Source: an uncultured Desulfatitalea sp. (GTDB lineage: Bacteria; Desulfobacterota; Desulfobacteria; Desulfobacterales; Desulfosarcinaceae). From it: a stretch of 64,000 bases of DNA. The position numbers and the translations under genes were made by a program. The stretch's first letter is position 1. The number at the start of each line of letters is the position of its first letter. Location: assembly GCA_963668675.2 (NCBI GenBank), contig CAXXMB010000001.1:128001-192000 (forward strand), given 5' to 3'. A model generated the notes under the pieces. That model worked only from the letters and a program-made list of their open reading frames with translations. It did no database searches and was not told the DNA's origin. Of this stretch, positions 20,441-30,023 are shown piece by piece.

Positions 20441-20456
20441 CGCAAATTGAGTGCCA
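20441..20456 (-). promoter_or_regulatory. Sigma54 promoter of the GcvH-like gene
   Basis: Minus strand TGGCAC-TCAAT-TTGCG, matches -24/-12 consensus. Confidence 0.75.
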
Positions 20457-20665
20457 GCTGACGATGTGAAGGTGCGGATCGCCCTGAACCTCTCTGCCTC
20501 CTTTCCTTAGACGTTCGTTCGCGAAGCTTTGTTTTTTGAGATAACCTTCTGAATTTTATATCGTTAATAATTGTCGATGCCGCGTTTCCGGCAAGAGATG
20601 TCGCCATGACTGCCTATCTGCCCACGGGAGACCACAGGCCGGTACCTACTTCTCCTTGGCGGATA

Positions 20666-20790
20666 GAGGTGTTGCCAAAAACGACAGTGCTAAATCCTTT
20701 GCTGCAGGATTCCTTTGTATTCTATTTTATATCTGCCGGTTAGAAGACTGTTGCCTTTGTCGGCATGCTTGGTGCTTTTGGCAACACCCC
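20666..20790. mobile_element. Possible 125-bp MITE/IS scar
   Basis: GAGGTGTTGCCAAAA ... TTTTGGCAACACCCC inverted repeat (14/15); single copy in window. Confidence 0.4.
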
Positions 20791-20934
20791 GTTTCCTGGA
20801 AAGGATGGACCGGGAGTGAGGGCTCCCGGTTTTGCCTTCTCGCCACCCCCTCTTTTTTCGGCAATGGCGGCTTGACCGATGCAATACGGTGGCGGTATGA
20901 ATGTTCCTTTTGTACATTGGCACGGGGAATTGAA

Positions 20935-22650
20935 ATGGATATGCACTCAGCGGATTCGCTGCACTATCGCCTGACCCGCATCGGCACCGAAGCTGCAACC
21001 GGCTATTTTGATGCCCTCCCGGAGGGGAAGTGGGACTTTGACAGCGCTTTGGCGTGGTGCCGAAGTCGGCCCAATGACGACTTCATGCGCAAACAGATGC
21101 TGCGCCTGATCGCCCAATTGGAGCCTGAAACCGTCAAGCAGCGCATCCTTGCTGCCGCCGACGAGGATCTCTTCCTCAAGGCGCTCTACTTCGAGGCTTG
21201 CCTGCTCTTTTCCCCATTGGCCCCGTTGCGGAAGCATTTTCCAATACGATTGAGACCCCGCCTGGCAGGGCATACGCCGATGATTTTTATTAAGGCACAT
21301 CTGCGTGAGGGCCATCTCCTGCACCGCCACTGGACGGAAAAACTGCGCACCAATTTTTTCCAACATGCCCCCTTGATGACGCTCAATGCGCTTGGGCTTG
21401 AAGCACCGGTTGACGATGAGAGCATGGCCCGCGCCATGGCTGTGGCAGAACCGCTCGATCGACTGGCTGCAATGTCGCCATCAGAACCAGTTTCCGATCC
21501 AGGCAAGCCTTCGAATCCTGAGGCGTTGACGCAAATGGCGCTGCACCGATTGGCGCAGGCCGGTATCGAGGTGGGGCAGGAGATGCGGCACGAATCCTCC
21601 CTGAGTCCCATTGCCCTGCTGAGGAGTTGGCAGCTGGAACTGACGGTCGCCTGCGGCCGGCAGCGATATCGCCTCGATGGCGAACAGATCGCATACGGCA
21701 GGGGGCTGGGGCTTGAAGCGGCCCGGGTGGCCTGCACCATGGAGATTGTCGAAAGGGTCTCCAGCTATGCCACTGTTGCTGCCACGGAAGTGGTGGGGTA
21801 TCAGCAACCCTATCCGCTGGTTCGGGCATCTCTTTCGGAATTGAAGCGAAGCGGTCGATCCGCCCTCGACCCGAATCGTCTTGGACTCGAAGCCACTTAT
21901 CGCGACGAACCGATATATTGGATAGAGGGTCGGCAGATTGCCAAAGAGGGAGAGCATTCTGTTCTGGTGCCGGCCCAATGCGTGTTTCTTTTTTGCAATC
22001 TGGACGAGGTATCACTCTCCTCGGGGCTGGGGTCCAATGGGCTTGGCGCTGGCGCTTCTCTTGCGCAAGCAAAATGCAAAGCGTTGCTGGAGGTGATCGA
22101 ACGTGACAGTGCGGCAACGATACCTTATGTGCCGGAGTTGTGCTTCGATATGGAGAGCGGTGATGGGCGCATCGCCGGCCTGCTGCACGCCTGCGCACAG
22201 CGGGGGATCCATGTCGGATTTCTCGACCTCACCGGCCCTTTGGGGGTGCCCTGCTGCAAGTCTTATGTCGTGCACCCCGATGGAGAAGTGGCCATCGGCA
22301 CAAGCGCCCATCTCAATGCAAAGCAGGCCTTGGTCTCCGCGTTGACCGAAACACCCTATCCATTTCCCAACGGCCCTCCATCTCGGCCGTTGCCGGCCGT
22401 CGGTGTTCGCGTGCCGTTGGAAGCGCTCCCGAACTACGACCGCGGCGATGCTGATCAGAATCTTGCTTTACTGGAGCAACTGCTCCTGGCCAATGGTTTT
22501 GAGCCCATTTACATAGATTTGACTCGGGCAGACCTTGATTTGCCGGTTGTACGGGCCATCGTACCCGGTATGGAGACATTGGGGGAGTTCGACCGGTTTT
22601 CCCGGGTCCACCCGCGGCTTTATGGGCACTACCTCAAATATGCAAGATGA
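20935..22650 (+). CDS. YcaO-family protein with N-terminal extension
   Basis: YGRG...MEIVER, SNGLGAG, ALLEVIERD, ALTE, IDLTRADLDLPVVRAIVPGME; start ATG 20935 or 20941. Confidence 0.85.
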   Translation: MDMHSADSLHYRLTRIGTEAATGYFDALPEGKWDFDSALAWCRSRPNDDFMRKQMLRLIAQLEPETVKQRILAAADEDLFLKALYFEACLLFSPLAPLRKHFPIRLRPRLAGHTPMIFIKAHLREGHLLHRHWTEKLRTNFFQHAPLMTLNALGLEAPVDDESMARAMAVAEPLDRLAAMSPSEPVSDPGKPSNPEALTQMALHRLAQAGIEVGQEMRHESSLSPIALLRSWQLELTVACGRQRYRLDGEQIAYGRGLGLEAARVACTMEIVERVSSYATVAATEVVGYQQPYPLVRASLSELKRSGRSALDPNRLGLEATYRDEPIYWIEGRQIAKEGEHSVLVPAQCVFLFCNLDEVSLSSGLGSNGLGAGASLAQAKCKALLEVIERDSAATIPYVPELCFDMESGDGRIAGLLHACAQRGIHVGFLDLTGPLGVPCCKSYVVHPDGEVAIGTSAHLNAKQALVSALTETPYPFPNGPPSRPLPAVGVRVPLEALPNYDRGDADQNLALLEQLLLANGFEPIYIDLTRADLDLPVVRAIVPGMETLGEFDRFSRVHPRLYGHYLKYAR

Positions 22651-22757
22651 ATCCAGGATATTGGATTGAATCAAAATGTGTTATTCTAAATAGAGTGCAT
22701 TGCTGTTGTCGGCAGAAGGCGGGATTTGCAATAATTGAATCTTTCGAAGGAGGCGTT

Positions 22758-23504
22758 ATGGGCAAGGTGCTCATCGAAGCGTCGGGCGATGTGGCTGTCG
22801 TGCGGCTCAACAACGGTGCAACCAATGCGGTCAACCTTGAACTGGTCGAGGCCCTCTCGGAGGCCATGCAGGCGGTGTCGAAAGAGTTCGGGGCCATGGT
22901 ATTGGCCGGGGGGGAGAAATTTTTCTGTATCGGCCTCTCCCTGCCTGATCTGCTGAAGCTCAATCGGAAGGATATGACCGATTTTTGGTTCAGGTTCAAT
23001 CGGGCCACCTTAGACCTTTACACGTTGCCGATGCCCACGGTTTGCGCCATTGCCGGACACGCACCGGCCGTGGGTACCATATGGGCCTGCGCTTGCGACT
23101 TTCGTTATGCGGCGGAGGGTCGATCGGCCATCGGGCTCAATGAGATTCAACTGGGGATCCCCACGCCATTTATCGTCGATTTGATGTTGCGGCAGATCGT
23201 CAGCGATCAGACGGCCAATGATCTCCTCTACAGTGGAAAGATGATAATGCCTGAAGAGGCAAGGAAGATACAATTGCTTAACGGGGTTTTCCCCAAAGCA
23301 GAGGTGGCGGCGTGCGCCGTTCAAAAAGCCGGCGAGATGGCGACCCTGTCAAAAGTTGCCTTCTGTGAAATGAAAGCTGTTCGCAATGATGCCATTCGCA
23401 ACACCTTTGAAAAGCACCATAAGGAGCGGCATGAAGCGTTTCTGGACGCATGGTTCAGTGGATACACTCAGAAGCTTTTGCATGGCGCTTTAAAACACTT
23501 CTGA
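22758..23504 (+). CDS. Enoyl-CoA hydratase/isomerase family protein
   Basis: FFCIGLSL, PTVCAIAGHAPAVG, ACDFR, IGLNEIQLG; AGGAGG RBS. Confidence 0.88.
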   Translation: MGKVLIEASGDVAVVRLNNGATNAVNLELVEALSEAMQAVSKEFGAMVLAGGEKFFCIGLSLPDLLKLNRKDMTDFWFRFNRATLDLYTLPMPTVCAIAGHAPAVGTIWACACDFRYAAEGRSAIGLNEIQLGIPTPFIVDLMLRQIVSDQTANDLLYSGKMIMPEEARKIQLLNGVFPKAEVAACAVQKAGEMATLSKVAFCEMKAVRNDAIRNTFEKHHKERHEAFLDAWFSGYTQKLLHGALKHF

Positions 23505-23524
23505 TTGAGGTGCGGCTCCCGTTG

Positions 23525-23941
23525 CTATTCACATTTGCCGATGCGTTTGCCGGAGATGATCGTCGTGATCGTCATGTTGCCGGCGGCAGGCCCCATATGG
23601 GTCTGGGTCGTCCCCTCGAAGCTATCACCCTTGTAAGTGATCTTGCCGTCGCACTTGACGGTCGTGCCATTCTGTTGGCACTCCATCTTATAGATGACGC
23701 TGTTGCCCTCCGTTTTCATCTCGGTGATTTTGCATCCTTGGGCGCCGGCGGTTGCGCCGGGCACTTTATCCTGTTTGGTGAGGCATTGGGTAATGGTCTG
23801 GGGCGGCATCTCGCCCGGCATACCGGCCATCTTCACACGCGAGGTGATTTCATACTTGCCCGGATTAAGGTCGACCCCCCAGGCGGGAATGGCGGTCAAC
23901 GTCAGAATTAAAAATAGAACCAGTACTATTTTTTTCGGCAC
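23525..23941 (-). CDS. Secreted DUF3617-like protein
   Basis: GTG start after AGGAGG; signal peptide, PGKYEIT, TQCLT, terminal GKRIGKCE. Confidence 0.75.
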   Translation of the reverse strand: MPKKIVLVLFLILTLTAIPAWGVDLNPGKYEITSRVKMAGMPGEMPPQTITQCLTKQDKVPGATAGAQGCKITEMKTEGNSVIYKMECQQNGTTVKCDGKITYKGDSFEGTTQTHMGPAAGNMTITTIISGKRIGKCE

Positions 23942-24100
23942 GGGATTGCCTCCTTTCACGCTATCCGTTTCTTTCGTCTGAGATGGGGGCCGATGAGCGG
24001 CAATGGCCCGGTAGATGTCGCCTGGCGGTGACGCATAGACTGCCCCAAATATACCGTTATCAGATTGGATATTGCAACCCTTCGCCATGGATTTTGCTGC

Positions 24101-26620
24101 TCAATGCGCCTCTTCAAGGCGCATGCCATCTTCCGCAAGCTCTGCTCCTGAGAGAATACGGGCACTGCACTTGTCCGTGGCCACGTTCATCACCCTGACC
24201 GTCACGTCGGCATCGATGGCCTTTAAGGTGATCCCCATGGCAGTGCCATGTCGACTGCCGATGTCCAGCATCAGGTTGCTTCCGCGCCTGCCGATGATTG
24301 TCGCCCGAAGCGGATAGCGTTTGCGGAGCTTGAGGATCAATTCATCGGCAATGCGGTCCGCCATGGCGGAGATGGGGATCTGGCTATCGAACATGGCGTT
24401 GACGACGAGGGTGACCTGGCTGGTCTCGGTTTCGAAACAGCGCAGGGTTATTTCTGTATTGGGCGCACGGTGCACGATTCGGCCTGCCACCATGAGCCGT
24501 GCGGCTGCCAGACGGCCTACAGAGAGGGCTGTGGACAAGTTGGTGAGCTGAGAGGTACCCAGCTTCAGCTCGGCCATGAGTTTGTCGAGCAGTTGGCGTT
24601 CTACGAGCTGCATCCGCTTCCGTTCAAGGAGCCTATCGCTGAGGCCGCCGCTCAGAAGCTCAGCGACGCCTTCCTGAAGACTATAACCCGCCGTCTCAAG
24701 GTCCATGAGCCATACGGTTAAGGGGCGTGAACTCCATTTCCGTTCGGAGGCATTGGCGGTTTGCGATGCCATCTGTGCCTCGAGTTCTTCCATCAGGTCA
24801 TCGATACGCTCCTGGCGCTGGCGACTCTTCGCCATGTTCGCCTTGGCCTCCAACCTGGCGGCAAGTGCTGCAATGGTGGCTGGATCGGAGCTCATTGGCT
24901 CTATTTGGCTCAGCAGCTCGGCGGCCCGGGCGATATCACCCTGCTGTTCGAGCAGAATGGCCTGGGCGAGGTAGGGGTGTTCTTTGTCGGGGGCGAGTTC
25001 TGAGGCTTGTTGATAGAACGCGAGCGCCTTTCCGGTCTGGCCGTTCTCAGAGGCGATACGCCCAAGACCGATGAGGGCTTCGGCTTTGTCCTGTTGGTTG
25101 CCACGCTGGGCTGCGACGGCGTTGTGATAGAGACCACGGGCACTCTCCAGCTCACCCCTCAGGAAGGAGACATTGCCCAGCAACAGGTAGCTCAGGGCAC
25201 GTTGGGGCGCTTTCTCCTGCAGCCGTTGGCAGGTCTGTTCGACCTCCCTGTAGTTGCCGGTTCGGAATGCGGCGATGGCGCGCTCCTCATAATGGCCGGT
25301 GCTTTTTTGGGCGCCTATAAAAAAGGCTGCGATAATCAGGGCCGTCAACAGTACTGCCGAGGCGCCGACCGTAAAGATCTTTTTCCAAGGCTTGCGGAGG
25401 GTGCCGGATTCGGGAGAGGTAAAACGAATCGTCTCCTCCGGGGCACGCAGCTCCGCGGCAATGTGACGGGGCGGTGCGTCTGCGATGACGGCATGTGAGG
25501 GCGCCGTCGCCTCCTCTTCGGCAGACGGCTTGAGATAGGTCACAGTGGGGTCGCCATAAAGAAGATATCCAGCCCAGGCGATATTCTCTTCTCCATACTC
25601 CCTGATCAGCTCCTGCCGGGCGGCACGCATGGCGCCTCCGACGGAGATGCCCTTGATCAGAAAACGGTAGAAAGCGAGCGCAAAGCGTTGGCTGGTCGCG
25701 TCCGGGATCTCCCAGAAGGTACCCACGTAGTGCTTCACTCCCGAAAGAATAAAGGCGTTGGCCAATCCGAAAATGCGGTCCTGGGCGTCGGGACGGACAT
25801 CCCAGGCATCGGTCCGTGCCGATTGGCAGGCGTTGGAGAAGATCAGGGTCGGCATGGCACCGGTACCTGCCATCTTGATGATGTCGGATGCTGCCAATTG
25901 GCCTCTGTCCAGCCGCCAACCGCTGCGCTCGGGATGGTTGCCGTCATAGTCGGCATGGCCGGCGAAATGGACCCAGTCATAATTGCGTATTTTGGCCTTC
26001 AGGAAATCGGGGCTGACCCCCTCGCTGCGAAAGGAGACCCACAGCTGGTCCTGAAATGCATCCATCACGTCACGCAGGGCGATGCCCTCCGCGTAGGCCG
26101 ATTTCAGATCCCCGCAAGGGTCGGCCAGGACCAGCATCTGCAGGGGTGGTCTCGAGTTGCGCGAAACATGGCTGACAATCGGTTGGCGGGTGCGCACCAC
26201 CCGTCCCATTGCGAAACGCTGGCCGAGAAACTGATCGCCGTCGTGCAGCAGTTCCCAGGGAATGTGCACGAGGCGGTCATCGAGGGTTACAATGAGCTGG
26301 TCGGCTCTGCTGCTGCTGAATTGTGCTTTGACATGGGCTGGAAAGAGATCGTCCCGGAAAAGTTGTCCAGCCTCCTTGAGTCTGCAAAGCAGCTCTTTGG
26401 TGAGGCAGCCGCGCCGGTTGGCCTGGTTGATGGTGTCCACCATGTTGCGGCAGCGGTTGTCGATCTGCTCCATGGAGACAGGCAGCTCCTCGATGTGGCG
26501 TACCGTCTGGGTTTCGCCACTCCGCTGAGTGGTGAGCCCGATTTTGATCCGGTCCGCTTCCCTGGCGATCTCCAGGTTGAGGAGTTCCGGTCGGATGGTT
26601 CCGGGTGAAGGCGATGTCAT
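24101..26620 (-). CDS. Membrane-anchored CHAT (caspase-like) protease with periplasmic TPR and CsgG/FlgT-like domains
   Basis: IPWELL, HFAGH, FSNACQS, GLANAF, YLLYGDP; one hydrophobic segment IFTVGASAVLLTALIIAAFFIG; TPRs; LVERQLLDKLMAELKLG; LDIGSRHG. Confidence 0.85.
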   Translation of the reverse strand: MTSPSPGTIRPELLNLEIAREADRIKIGLTTQRSGETQTVRHIEELPVSMEQIDNRCRNMVDTINQANRRGCLTKELLCRLKEAGQLFRDDLFPAHVKAQFSSSRADQLIVTLDDRLVHIPWELLHDGDQFLGQRFAMGRVVRTRQPIVSHVSRNSRPPLQMLVLADPCGDLKSAYAEGIALRDVMDAFQDQLWVSFRSEGVSPDFLKAKIRNYDWVHFAGHADYDGNHPERSGWRLDRGQLAASDIIKMAGTGAMPTLIFSNACQSARTDAWDVRPDAQDRIFGLANAFILSGVKHYVGTFWEIPDATSQRFALAFYRFLIKGISVGGAMRAARQELIREYGEENIAWAGYLLYGDPTVTYLKPSAEEEATAPSHAVIADAPPRHIAAELRAPEETIRFTSPESGTLRKPWKKIFTVGASAVLLTALIIAAFFIGAQKSTGHYEERAIAAFRTGNYREVEQTCQRLQEKAPQRALSYLLLGNVSFLRGELESARGLYHNAVAAQRGNQQDKAEALIGLGRIASENGQTGKALAFYQQASELAPDKEHPYLAQAILLEQQGDIARAAELLSQIEPMSSDPATIAALAARLEAKANMAKSRQRQERIDDLMEELEAQMASQTANASERKWSSRPLTVWLMDLETAGYSLQEGVAELLSGGLSDRLLERKRMQLVERQLLDKLMAELKLGTSQLTNLSTALSVGRLAAARLMVAGRIVHRAPNTEITLRCFETETSQVTLVVNAMFDSQIPISAMADRIADELILKLRKRYPLRATIIGRRGSNLMLDIGSRHGTAMGITLKAIDADVTVRVMNVATDKCSARILSGAELAEDGMRLEEAH

Positions 26621-26627
26621 CGGTTCA

Positions 26628-27287
26628 CTATTCCGTTTCGGGTCGTTCGGTCACCTCAAAGGCGTATTCGCCGATTTTACTGCTGCCACGTGCAAAGAGC
26701 AGAGAATAGACGCCGAAGGGGATCTCTTCGAAGACCACGGGCGCATCGCCCATCATCAAAGAGGCCACTTCGCGCTCTCCTTTGAACAGCGCCACACGCA
26801 GTGTCGACACTTTTTGACTGCTTGCGGCCGCCGCTACCCGAATGAGGGTTTGCCCTGTTCCGCTTTTTTCGATTTCGATGGTGAGGGTCATATCTTCGAA
26901 GCGCTTCTCGCGGCGGATCAGGCGGTCGGTAACGGCGGCTTCGCCCCGCACAGGGACCCACTCCGGTTCTCCTTGAGGGACGACCCTTTCCAGCACGGCC
27001 ACACCCTTTGCTACCCATCGCCGGGTTCGGTCGAGGAGGCCCGTTGCGGGGGCAGCGGCAGATCGATGCACCACGCTATCCAAGACGTTCTGGGTCAGAT
27101 GATCGGGGGCTTGCACATCGTCGGCGGCAACATCTCCATATACCAGTTCGGCGCATACGCTCACCTGCTCACGGCACAGATCGCAGGCGGCCAGGTGAAC
27201 TTCGATTTTGTGGCGCTGGCGATCGGAAAGACGCCCCTCAACAAAATCCATTAAATATTCGTCAGTTGGGCAATGGTTGCGCATCAT
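26628..27287 (-). CDS. Soluble zinc-binding anti-sigma factor (zf-HC2)
   Basis: HCP..EYL..FVEGRL...IEVHLAACDLC; directly downstream of ECF sigma; no TM segment. Confidence 0.8.
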   Translation of the reverse strand: MMRNHCPTDEYLMDFVEGRLSDRQRHKIEVHLAACDLCREQVSVCAELVYGDVAADDVQAPDHLTQNVLDSVVHRSAAAPATGLLDRTRRWVAKGVAVLERVVPQGEPEWVPVRGEAAVTDRLIRREKRFEDMTLTIEIEKSGTGQTLIRVAAAASSQKVSTLRVALFKGEREVASLMMGDAPVVFEEIPFGVYSLLFARGSSKIGEYAFEVTERPETE

Positions 27288-27347
27288 ACGCTCCGGTTAT
27301 TTGCGTCCATAGCGATCATCGCTTATGGCTGTTGTTTTGTTAATACT

Positions 27348-27376
27348 ATGGACGATTCAATTCTCCCATTCTTGCA
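27348..27376 (-). promoter_or_regulatory. Putative ECF promoter for anti-sigma/CHAT genes, overlapping the sigma gene 3' end
   Basis: Minus strand TGCAAG-N16-CGTCCAT; second copy at 30024-30052. Confidence 0.6.
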
Positions 27377-27965
27377 TGTTCAGGGCTATTTCTTTTTTAA
27401 TACGCTCCACGGCCCTATGCTTGACCGAGTGAATGGTGTTTTCCGACACATTTAGAAGCGCTGCCATCTTTTTCAAAGAGCAGCCTTCGATGCAGTGCAT
27501 GCGGAGCATCAGTTGATCCCGGGCGGAGAGCTTCTCGAGCGCCGTTTCGAGAATGTGTCGCTGCTCATGATGTTCCAGTTCGGTTTGCGCCGATGGAACG
27601 GCGCCACTCCTCTCCGGCAAAAGATCTAGTGGCAAAATACGCTCCGGTTGGGCGAGTGCGTCCCGGCTTTTCCGAAGGTGGTCTATCATGACGCGGACGG
27701 TGATCATGCGAATCCACGAGGCCAGGCTACAGCCATCCTTCCCCCTGTACTGTCGCAGTTTGCGACACTGTCGATCCAACAGCTGAACGAAGACGGTGCT
27801 GTGAAGATCTTCCATGTCCAGGCGGCTCAAATGGGCGTTTTTGGTGCGAGCGGTTCCGTAGAGGGTGCTGTAGATCAGGTTGGTGAATTGACGCACCAGG
27901 CGCTCCTGCGCCTGGACATCGCCATCCAGGCAGCCTGCCAGCAGTTGGCGATCATCCATCGTCAT
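27357..27965 (-). CDS. ECF-type RNA polymerase sigma factor
   Basis: DDRQLLAGCLDGD, EDLHSTVF, SLASWIRMITVRVMIDHLRK (region 2), LEKLSARDQ...LKKMAALLNVSENTI (region 4). Confidence 0.88.
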   Translation of the reverse strand: MTMDDRQLLAGCLDGDVQAQERLVRQFTNLIYSTLYGTARTKNAHLSRLDMEDLHSTVFVQLLDRQCRKLRQYRGKDGCSLASWIRMITVRVMIDHLRKSRDALAQPERILPLDLLPERSGAVPSAQTELEHHEQRHILETALEKLSARDQLMLRMHCIEGCSLKKMAALLNVSENTIHSVKHRAVERIKKEIALNMQEWEN

Positions 27966-29953
27966 CGGGTCATCACCTTATGCCGCGGTCGAATCGTTTC
28001 GGCGCATCCAGGTTCGAGTTCGGCCTTGGAAAGATCGGCATCCGCTTGAACCACCCTGGCCGTTCCCAGTATCCGGCAATCTTTTCCGAGGGGTTTTCCC
28101 GTAGCGGGATGGCGCACCGGTCGATCTTCATAGATCATGATGTGCCGCTGGGCTCGAATTTTTTTGCTTCCGAGATCGGTCATGATGACGTTGTCATGCC
28201 GGTCGACGACCATACCATCCACCAGCGGGAACTCACGATGTATCTTGAGGGCCAGTATCTTGGCCAGATCTTTCAGGCCGGCCATGCTTTTCTCTTCGCC
28301 ATAGGCGTCGGTCATCACCAGGATTTCCGAAGTCTCGCTGTCGATGACCCTCCCGATAATTTCGATGCCGGTGCGGGTCTCCACAATGCTGCCTGCCACG
28401 ATGGCATGGGCTGCGGCGAGCCGACCGAGGCGCACCGCCGTTGGCCGGTCGATCAGCCGGCTGCGGCTGATGTTTTGCTCTTGGAGAATCTGTTCGAGCA
28501 TATCGCGTTCGATCAACTGGAAGCGATCGAGCTGCACCAGCTGATGGATGAAGTTGTCCTGAAAAGCGAAACTGATATCGGAAACATCGCCGCTACGCTC
28601 GAAAGCAAAGACGCTCATGCGAAGTCTTTCGCTCAAAAGCCGTACTTTGGGCGTCCTGCGCTCTATCACGATCTGTTCGATCGCCGTGTTGCCTGAGGCA
28701 TCTTCAGCCTCGATGCTGATCCGGTTGATCCCCTCTGTGAGCCGCAAGAAGTGGGAGAAAAGAACCATGGCGCCGGGGTGCGGCAACACCGGCGTTCCAT
28801 TGATCTTCAACCCGGTCACCCGGCCACTGTCTCTAACGCTCCCGGAGAGCACCACCTGATCCATATAGATGACTTGCGACGCTTGCCAATCTCCCAGCCG
28901 AATCTGCGGTGGGGTACGATCCCGTCCACCGAAAATCCCTGCCAGTACAAGGTTCGAGGGTACAGCCGCTATCAGCGGCGCTTCGGTTCGAGAGGTCTTC
29001 AGCGCGTCGGATGCGATGGGGACCACCGTAGTATTGCCCAAACGATCCGATGCACGAAAAACGATGCTCTTCATGCCGTGGGGCACCCGGTGACTGAAGG
29101 TCGAGCGGGTGCCGGCTTCAGTATCCACCCTCTCTTCATTGAGCGACAGGGTCGCAATACCGGCCTCGTCAAACAGAACCCCCTTAAACACAATGTCATC
29201 GTTGGTTCGCTGCACGCTCTCTACGATCACCAGGGGGCCCTGGCGGTCCACGTGGATCGAGATCGTTCGGGTCGTCTCTATCCCGGCCAGATTGGTCGCT
29301 GTCACCGCGATGGCATGATGCCCCTGCGGGAGGGTCAACCTCTTTTCGAAGAGACGCCTCTTCGTCGTCCCCTCCAGGTAGAGCGGTATGCCGGCCACGG
29401 AAATGGCAGCCACATAGTTCGGATCCCGGATGAGTCCGCTTACCACAACCGGATCGTCGCTGGTCCTGTATATGCCTTCGGAAATAGAGGTCACAATCAG
29501 TTCCGGCGGGACTACCCGTTCACCTGAACGCAGGATATACGCTTTGCGGACAAGATCCAGATAGTAGCGCGCCTTGGCACTGGGATATTGGGAGATGGAT
29601 TGCTCCAACTCACGGCGGGCAGCTTCCAGGTCGCCCTCTAACCAGTGGATGACGCCCAACTCGCGGTGGGGAAAGTAGTCGATGAAGTGCATGCCATAGG
29701 TGCGCGCCATGCGCCGGTCGCCGTCGCGTTGGGTTAAAGCGGCTGCCAGGTCTCGTTTGGCGGCATCATACACCTGTTGATCCGCGCCTTCCAGCGCCCT
29801 GGCATAATAGTTCCACCAGCGATGGCGAAATATAGCGCCGTAGGTGGCGTGTTCGTCATCATTCCCGGCCGGTGTCCTAAGGCAGCCTGACAAGAGGGCG
29901 ATGAGAACCGCGACAAATGCGATCCTGGCGATGCGGGCGTTCAACCGATTCAT
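27962..29953 (-). CDS. Lipoprotein with TPR, Ig-like repeats and CsgG/FlgT-like C-terminal domains
   Basis: Lipobox LLSG-C after ATG 29953; TPR-like N-terminus; beta-rich repeats (LPQGHHAIAVTATN, LTEGINRISIEAED); FQLIERDMLEQILQEQ; RHPATGKPLG. Confidence 0.75.
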   Translation of the reverse strand: MNRLNARIARIAFVAVLIALLSGCLRTPAGNDDEHATYGAIFRHRWWNYYARALEGADQQVYDAAKRDLAAALTQRDGDRRMARTYGMHFIDYFPHRELGVIHWLEGDLEAARRELEQSISQYPSAKARYYLDLVRKAYILRSGERVVPPELIVTSISEGIYRTSDDPVVVSGLIRDPNYVAAISVAGIPLYLEGTTKRRLFEKRLTLPQGHHAIAVTATNLAGIETTRTISIHVDRQGPLVIVESVQRTNDDIVFKGVLFDEAGIATLSLNEERVDTEAGTRSTFSHRVPHGMKSIVFRASDRLGNTTVVPIASDALKTSRTEAPLIAAVPSNLVLAGIFGGRDRTPPQIRLGDWQASQVIYMDQVVLSGSVRDSGRVTGLKINGTPVLPHPGAMVLFSHFLRLTEGINRISIEAEDASGNTAIEQIVIERRTPKVRLLSERLRMSVFAFERSGDVSDISFAFQDNFIHQLVQLDRFQLIERDMLEQILQEQNISRSRLIDRPTAVRLGRLAAAHAIVAGSIVETRTGIEIIGRVIDSETSEILVMTDAYGEEKSMAGLKDLAKILALKIHREFPLVDGMVVDRHDNVIMTDLGSKKIRAQRHIMIYEDRPVRHPATGKPLGKDCRILGTARVVQADADLSKAELEPGCAETIRPRHKVMTR

Positions 29954-30023
29954 AAGTGGCAGATCGTATAAGGTTGTTTCAATATCCATCTTAACGGGTT
30001 TGGCCAGTGGGGCCACATGATCA

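Noticed and set aside
20918..20933. TGGCAC as a sigma54 promoter for YcaO
   Set aside because: No TTGC at the -12 position and it abuts the start codon
20656..20934. 93-aa Cys-rich N-terminal extension of YcaO given by the ORF track, or a fused precursor peptide
   Set aside because: TTG start without RBS; reads through an inverted-repeat element and hairpin, so likely non-coding
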